This document shows positions 37,611-42,742 of a stretch of 42,742 nucleotides of DNA, in pieces. The stretch lies in contig JAOZPT010000015.1 in the NCBI GenBank assembly GCA_029932605.1, positions 1-42,742 of the forward strand, in the 5' to 3' direction. Position numbers and translations under genes: made by a program. Source of the DNA: Candidatus Zixiibacteriota bacterium (GTDB lineage Bacteria > Zixibacteria > MSB-5A5 > UBA10806 > 4484-95). The notes under the pieces were generated by a model. It searched no databases, had not been told where the DNA came from, and saw nothing but the letters and a program-made list of their open reading frames with translations. Each line of letters begins with the position of its first letter. Position 1 is the stretch's first letter.

Positions 37611-38186
37611 TTATCGGAAAACGAGGTTTCGACCACATCTAAAAGCCTCGCTAAGAATTGTGTTATCTGAGGAAGCTTCACCGTAATGCAAGCTTTTCGT
37701 GGTATATTTTAGCTCGAATATAATTTCCATACCAGTCCAGATGAAAAATGCTCTCATTACTTTAAGGGCGGTATTGAATTTACCGTAATCGCCGGCAACC
37801 AGCACGATACCACCCTTTTTACCTTTAAGGAGTGGTTCTTTAAAGAGCTGTTTGTCCAAACGAGAGAAGTCGGCCGGTCGGAGGCAGTTGCATCTGTCGA
37901 TAAAGGTTTTTGTCTGGGCGGAGACCGAGTCGAAATAAACCGGCGAGCCAAGGATGACTGCCTGGCATTCTATCATCTTTTTGTAAAGCGGATAAGTCTC
38001 ATCGTGGAAAAAGCAGAAATCGGGTTGGGGTGATTTACCGCATGCCTGACAGGGCAGTATTTTCATCTCGTTGAGACGATAAAACGAGGTTTTATGGTTT
38101 ACGCTCGATGCCCCTCTTAAGACCTCTTTGATGAGTATGTCCGTGGAGCCTGATGGGGTAGCTGAGCCTGATATCCCGATTACCAT
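37611..38186 (-). CDS. Flavodoxin-fold protein, NADPH-dependent FMN reductase / iron-sulfur flavoprotein family
   Basis: IGISGS..GST, PCQAC...C, LGSPVYF.SVSAQTKTFIDR. Confidence 0.85.
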   Translation of the reverse strand: MVIGISGSATPSGSTDILIKEVLRGASSVNHKTSFYRLNEMKILPCQACGKSPQPDFCFFHDETYPLYKKMIECQAVILGSPVYFDSVSAQTKTFIDRCNCLRPADFSRLDKQLFKEPLLKGKKGGIVLVAGDYGKFNTALKVMRAFFIWTGMEIIFELKYTTKSLHYGEASSDNTILSEAFRCGRNLVFR

Positions 38187-38851
38187 TAGAAATTATATAC
38201 CAGGCAGGCTCTGATGTGACCGGCATCTGGTTTAACGTAAACCTCAAAAGCTTTATCTGTTTGGTTGAAATCGGCTAAGTGAGCGTCAACATAGGCGTCA
38301 AACATGGAGATGAATATTGTCAAACCTGTCAACCATAAATGAAGGTTCCTACTGTCCCGGTTTTTTTCATAAAGGCTGAACTCCTGCGACTTGTAAACCG
38401 GGTCATCGGAGTTTTGGAAATTTTTCTGATGTTTATCCATTTTTCGCCAGTATTTCTGCACGTTGTATATAAGATAGATCTCAGTCCCACCGTAGATAAC
38501 CGTTTTTATATATTTTTTATTATAAAATTGACCCCAGCCGGGTATTATCGCTGAGCGTAATAAAGCACCGGTAGGCCAGGGTTTTTTTATTTTTACCTGA
38601 GCAGGGGAATTTGATGAGATATTTTCAGGTGATTGCCAAACCTGAGATCCTGTATAGTTTGAGTCAACAGTGTGGTGGGTGGTGTCATCGGCAGAATTAT
38701 TGAACATTTCATAAGCAGCTATAGACAGATCGCTTAAGATGGGTTGGTTCTTATCGTTGGATTCATGATTTTCAACAGCAAACGAATAAGCTATTATTAT
38801 ATTAAAAATCAGTAAGACCGGAAAAGCTTTATTGTTCTTTTTAGATTTCAT
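38186..38851 (-). CDS. DUF5683-like exported/membrane protein
   Basis: RSAIIPGWGQFYN and DAYVDAHL motifs. Confidence 0.75.
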   Translation of the reverse strand: MKSKKNNKAFPVLLIFNIIIAYSFAVENHESNDKNQPILSDLSIAAYEMFNNSADDTTHHTVDSNYTGSQVWQSPENISSNSPAQVKIKKPWPTGALLRSAIIPGWGQFYNKKYIKTVIYGGTEIYLIYNVQKYWRKMDKHQKNFQNSDDPVYKSQEFSLYEKNRDSRNLHLWLTGLTIFISMFDAYVDAHLADFNQTDKAFEVYVKPDAGHIRACLVYNF

Positions 38852-39758
38852 TTACTAATTCTTTTTTCGGTTTTACCGCCACTTTTATTTTTTCAGCACT
38901 CATCTGTATTACTATCTTACCGCGTTTATTGATTAAGGTTTCCCCCTCGTAGTGAACCGGCAAGGGCTTATCGGAAAATACCTCGATTTGTTTACATCGG
39001 AAGATTTTGACCTCTGGTTTTCTTATGTGTGTTCCTTTTAGCATCTTAATAAGGGTTGAAAACATTTTTGAGCGATCGATTTTCTCTAAGATACAAACAT
39101 CGAATTTCCCATCGTTGGCGATTGCCTGGGGTGTAAGAAGGAAACCCCCACCAGAGCTTCTACCTATTCCGACAGTCACCAGCACAAGCCGATAGGTTAG
39201 GTCAAGATTATCGATGCGAAGCTTGATGTCAAAGGCTGGCAACCTTTTCAAGGTTTTGAGTATCGTCATAAAATAAATCAACTTGCCAAAGTTCTTATTG
39301 TTCTTGTTAGCGTTTATGGCCACCTCGGCATCAAAACCAATACCCATGGTATTGAAGAATGGTTGACTGTTTATCATCCCTACATCAAATAAAGCCTCAT
39401 CACCGAAAACCACCGCTTTGCAAATCTCCTTGAGATTTTTACCAATATCTAACATCTTGAAATAATCATTGCTGAAACCAGCCGGTATAATCGCCAGGGT
39501 TGAATCAGAGCCGAGCAGACCAGAGCCGACAGAATTTACGGTTCCGTTACCACCCATAGCGACTACTTTTTTATAACCACAACGGGCAGCCATGTAAGCG
39601 ATTCTTGAAGCCTCATGTGGGTGTTCGGTTATCCTGATATCAACCTTTGCACCCATATCGGTTAAATACCTATCAACATAAGGTAAGATATCGATCGATT
39701 TACCATGTCCGCTGTGGGGATTAACGATCAACATTATTCTTTCGAGTTTTGCAATCAT
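38841..39758 (-). CDS. Diacylglycerol kinase / YegS-family lipid kinase-like protein
   Basis: IVNPHSG, GGNGT, IPAGFSND, GIGFDA, GGG, DGKFD. Confidence 0.85.
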   Translation of the reverse strand: MIAKLERIMLIVNPHSGHGKSIDILPYVDRYLTDMGAKVDIRITEHPHEASRIAYMAARCGYKKVVAMGGNGTVNSVGSGLLGSDSTLAIIPAGFSNDYFKMLDIGKNLKEICKAVVFGDEALFDVGMINSQPFFNTMGIGFDAEVAINANKNNKNFGKLIYFMTILKTLKRLPAFDIKLRIDNLDLTYRLVLVTVGIGRSSGGGFLLTPQAIANDGKFDVCILEKIDRSKMFSTLIKMLKGTHIRKPEVKIFRCKQIEVFSDKPLPVHYEGETLINKRGKIVIQMSAEKIKVAVKPKKELVNEI

Positions 39759-39833
39759 GATATTATAATAGTAATAATTTATCTTTATGTAAATACTTAT
39801 CGGTGAATTGTAATTTCAGTACGAGTATTGTAG

Positions 39834-39862
39834 TTGACAGTTAGCAAGAGGCATTTTATATT
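39834..39862 (+). promoter_or_regulatory. Sigma-70-type promoter for tolB
   Basis: TTGACA-17 bp-TATATT. Confidence 0.6.
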
Positions 39863-39871
39863 AGATGCCTT

Positions 39872-41185
39872 GTGAATAAGATTTGTCGCATATCGATACT
39901 CAGTCTTATGCTTTTATTGGCTTTATCATTTCGGGTAAGTGGGCAGAGAACGGAGGTAAAAGGAGTTATTACTACAGGCCCGAGCATTTCTTTGATAACA
40001 GTGGCTCTTGAGGATTTCAGGTTGACTGATAGCCTTTCCAGTTTCGATGATAGTTTGTTGGCTAGCAATTTAAGGCAGGCTCTAAAGGACGACCTGATTT
40101 TTACGCTGTATTTCAATGTGGTTGAGCCCGATTCGGCATTTTTAGTTGACCTTGCTGGTGGTCAAATGAGCCTTGACGATTGGATATATGTTGGTGCCCA
40201 GATGTTGATTAAAGGGAGACTGAGTAAGCATGGCGAACTTTTAACGCTAAATATTAATGTGATTGATATTTTTCGTAACAAGATGATTTATAACAACGAG
40301 TTTTTAGGTGAAAAAAGCGCTTATCGTTATATAGCCCATCGCACTGCCGATGATCTCCTTTTAAATCTCACCGGCGAGAGAAGTGTGTTCAATTCAAAAA
40401 TCGTTTATTCAAGTAACGATGAGACTAATACGGACATATATATTTGTGATTTCGATGGTTTTAATCCAATAAGGATAACTACCGATCCTGCTATCGACAT
40501 TTTGCCAGCCTGGAACCAAACTGGAGACAGGATATATTTCACTTCATATCGACATGATAATCCTGACCTTTATTGTTATGTTTTTGAAAAAGATGAAGTG
40601 TATGTAATATCATCGCGAAAGGGGTTGAATTATGCGGCGGCGGTCTCGCCTGATGGCAAATATATAGCGGTATCGTTGACGATTTCTGGTAACTCTGAAA
40701 TATATCTTCTGGACCCCTCGGGAAGAATTATGCGGCGTTTGACGTATTCATGGGGTATCGACACCTCACCGACCTGGTCACCAAATTCGCGGGAGATAGC
40801 TTTTATATCTGATAGAGCTGGAAATCCCCAGCTATATATTACCGACATCGATGGTACGAATACTCGTCGGCTCACATATTTTGGGGATTACATTGCCGAT
40901 CCAGCCTGGTCTCCGAGAGGTGATTTTATCGCATATTGTTCTCGAGAGGCTGGACAATTTCAAATTTATACTGTTGACATTACCGGGCAAAATGCCTATA
41001 AATTGACTGAGATAGGTTCAAATGAGGCACCGTCATGGTCTCCTGATGGGCTTCATATAGTCTATTCATCTAATGTTGATGGACCTTATGGTTTATGGGT
41101 TATGAACTTTGATGGTTCGGGTAAAAAGAAACTTTCGTTAAAAGGTATTTGCAAATCGCCCGATTGGTCTGTAAATTTAAGGTAA
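39872..41185 (+). CDS. tolB: Tol-Pal beta-propeller protein TolB
   Basis: N-terminal TolB domain (AHRTADD..LTGE), repeated PxWSP(D)G propeller motifs, upstream of pal. Confidence 0.93.
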   Translation: MNKICRISILSLMLLLALSFRVSGQRTEVKGVITTGPSISLITVALEDFRLTDSLSSFDDSLLASNLRQALKDDLIFTLYFNVVEPDSAFLVDLAGGQMSLDDWIYVGAQMLIKGRLSKHGELLTLNINVIDIFRNKMIYNNEFLGEKSAYRYIAHRTADDLLLNLTGERSVFNSKIVYSSNDETNTDIYICDFDGFNPIRITTDPAIDILPAWNQTGDRIYFTSYRHDNPDLYCYVFEKDEVYVISSRKGLNYAAAVSPDGKYIAVSLTISGNSEIYLLDPSGRIMRRLTYSWGIDTSPTWSPNSREIAFISDRAGNPQLYITDIDGTNTRRLTYFGDYIADPAWSPRGDFIAYCSREAGQFQIYTVDITGQNAYKLTEIGSNEAPSWSPDGLHIVYSSNVDGPYGLWVMNFDGSGKKKLSLKGICKSPDWSVNLR

Positions 41186-41216
41186 AGGAAATAAAAAATT
41201 TAAAGGAGGTTAACCT

Positions 41217-41720
41217 GTGGCCAAAAAACTTTTCATCCTGTTAGCATTAACTTTAGTAATGGCGGTTTTATTCGCTGGTTGCCCGAAGAAACAACCGCCA
41301 CCCCCGCCGCCGCCACCACCCCCACCGGAAACTACAGTGGTTGAACCGCCACCGCCACCCCCGCCGCCACCACCACCCCCACCACTTGAAATGGCAACAA
41401 TATATTTTGAATTCGATAAGTATAATTTGACCGATGAGGCCAGGGATATTATGGCCGGCAATGCCGTCGCTTTGAGTGAACATCCCGATGCGGTAATCAG
41501 GATTGAAGGACATTGCGATGAACGTGGCTCCGATGAATATAATATGGCTCTTGGTGAAAAACGTGCTGCTACCGCCCGCGATTATCTTATCAATTATGGA
41601 TTCAATGCTGATAATTTATCTATAATCAGCTATGGCGAATCAAGGCCTGTGGATCCGGGGCATAATGAGGAAGCATGGGCGAAAAACAGGCGGGCTGAAT
41701 TTATCGTTATCTCAGAGTAA
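41217..41720 (+). CDS. pal: Peptidoglycan-associated lipoprotein with a polyproline linker
   Basis: Lipobox FAGC, IYFEFD, IEGHCDERG..EYN.ALG.KRA, SYGE.RP, KNRRA. Confidence 0.95.
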   Translation: MAKKLFILLALTLVMAVLFAGCPKKQPPPPPPPPPPPETTVVEPPPPPPPPPPPPPLEMATIYFEFDKYNLTDEARDIMAGNAVALSEHPDAVIRIEGHCDERGSDEYNMALGEKRAATARDYLINYGFNADNLSIISYGESRPVDPGHNEEAWAKNRRAEFIVISE

Positions 41721-41765
41721 CGAGTAAATATCGGAGCGGTTATTGGCTCAATGAGTGATTCTTTA

Positions 41766-41793
41766 AAGAAGGCGGTCGAATGGCCGCCTTCTT
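41766..41793 (+). terminator. Rho-independent terminator after pal
   Basis: AAGAAGGCGGTC-GAAT-GGCCGCCTTCTT followed by GTTTT. Confidence 0.75.
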
Positions 41794-41945
41794 GTTTTAT
41801 GATAATGATATCTGTAAAATGAAAATGCTGACATTAAATGTCATCCAGATATGGTAATCTTTTTATTGACATAACCCCTTTATTTTCAGTAATCATTGCT
41901 TTAAAGGGCTGGAACAGGTATGAATAAAAGGAGTAAGAAAAGATA

Positions 41946-42683
41946 ATGAGAAAAGTTCTGATAGCTGTATTACTGGTGGGATTGATATTTTTTTCCGGAT
42001 GCGCTACCCGTCGACAGATGGCGGAAACAAACCTGCAAATTATCGAGCTCAGACGTGAACACCAGCAACTTCTTGAGGCAATCGCCAGGATGGATTCATC
42101 ATTAGCCGAACAGAGCACACTCTCGAAGAAGCTGAGCGCCGATTTGAAGATGAGCATGACAGCTCTTGAGGAGAGAATGCTTTTGGTTGAATCCAGTCTT
42201 GAGGACGCCGGAACAAGATTTAGCCGGGCGGTTGAGACTATGGAATCTCGAAATCCCAAACCTGTAATGTCTGATTCGACCGACACAAGCAAAACCACCG
42301 GCGAGCTTGACCCCCGAAAAATCTATAATGCGGCTTATTATGATGTCATCAAGGGCAACTACAAGATGGCTATTGAGGGTTTCGAGGAATACCTTAAGGA
42401 GAACCCACGAACCGGCCTTTCGGACAATGCCGTTTACTGGATAGGCGAATGTTATTATATACAGAAAGATTACTCCAATGCTCAGCAGGCGTTTTCAAGG
42501 CTGATTAAAGATTACCCCAAATCGGAACATTTAGCCTCTGCCAAGCTCAAACTCGGCATGTCGCTATATAATCAAAGGTATAAGACCAAGGCCAAACAGT
42601 ATTTTCAGGATGTAGTGGAGGAGTTTCCCGGAACCGAGGAGGCCAACCAGGCTGCCGAGATGCTGCAACGATATAACCGGTAA
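41946..42683 (+). CDS. cpoB: Tol-Pal system TPR protein YbgF/CpoB
   Basis: Lipobox SGC, coiled coil, TPR with NAVYWIGECYY and YPKS; follows pal. Confidence 0.9.
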   Translation: MRKVLIAVLLVGLIFFSGCATRRQMAETNLQIIELRREHQQLLEAIARMDSSLAEQSTLSKKLSADLKMSMTALEERMLLVESSLEDAGTRFSRAVETMESRNPKPVMSDSTDTSKTTGELDPRKIYNAAYYDVIKGNYKMAIEGFEEYLKENPRTGLSDNAVYWIGECYYIQKDYSNAQQAFSRLIKDYPKSEHLASAKLKLGMSLYNQRYKTKAKQYFQDVVEEFPGTEEANQAAEMLQRYNR

Positions 42684-42705
42684 ATATTTTGCAGTTAAAT
42701 GTTTT

Positions 42706-42732
42706 GTAGGTCAAAACCCCTGTGGTTTTGAC
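42706..42732 (+). repeat. REP-like element (GTAG plus palindrome) or terminator
   Basis: GTAG-GTCAAAACC-CCTGT-GGTTTTGAC. Confidence 0.45.
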
Positions 42733-42742
42733 AGGAAGAATA

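Noticed and set aside
41210..41513. Gly-rich and Trp/Arg-rich antisense ORFs
   Set aside because: Shadows of the pal polyproline codons
538..42298. Numerous short ORFs antisense to or nested in long genes
   Set aside because: Shadow ORFs without motifs that overlap well-supported CDSs

Overview
AT-rich chromosomal window from an anaerobic, Gram-negative (Tol-Pal-bearing) bacterium that appears to decode selenocysteine. It has four blocks. (1) 166-11945: a soluble sensor kinase and an NtrC-type activator sit upstream of a full sigma-54 promoter (candidate enhancer, IHF site, -24/-12). The promoter precedes a six-gene operon: a small Cys-rich protein, glutamate dehydrogenase, a NuoE/HydC-like subunit with extra Cys domains, a NuoF/HydB-GltD fusion, a short NuoG/HydA-like Fe-S subunit, and a stand-alone FMN domain of glutamate synthase. 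This is the best candidate for an undescribed system: a possible electron-bifurcating, glutaminase-free glutamate/2-oxoglutarate oxidoreductase paired with GDH, which uses an unrecognised 4-Cys mini-domain three times. (2) ~12600-12800: an att-like scar (10-bp-phased repeats, IHF site, tRNA-3'-like fragment). (3) 13089-30195: a stress block next to the 3' end of tRNA-Ser. It holds a PerR-led antioxidant cluster (Tpx, Dfx, erythrin, ferritin, a UGA/SECIS seleno-peroxiredoxin split by the ORF caller, rubrerythrin, an internally deleted flavodiiron pseudogene, an uncalled rubredoxin), an octaheme HAO-like and NapC-like cytochrome pair with cupin and DUF438 genes, and CusCBA-type efflux. (4) 30373-42742: tRNA-Ser(GCT), a degenerate NtrC-like regulator, a TPR protein, a multi-PAS hybrid kinase, a flavoprotein, a DAGK-like protein with altered motifs, and tolB-pal-cpoB. 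All calls come from motif recognition by eye; no searches were run.
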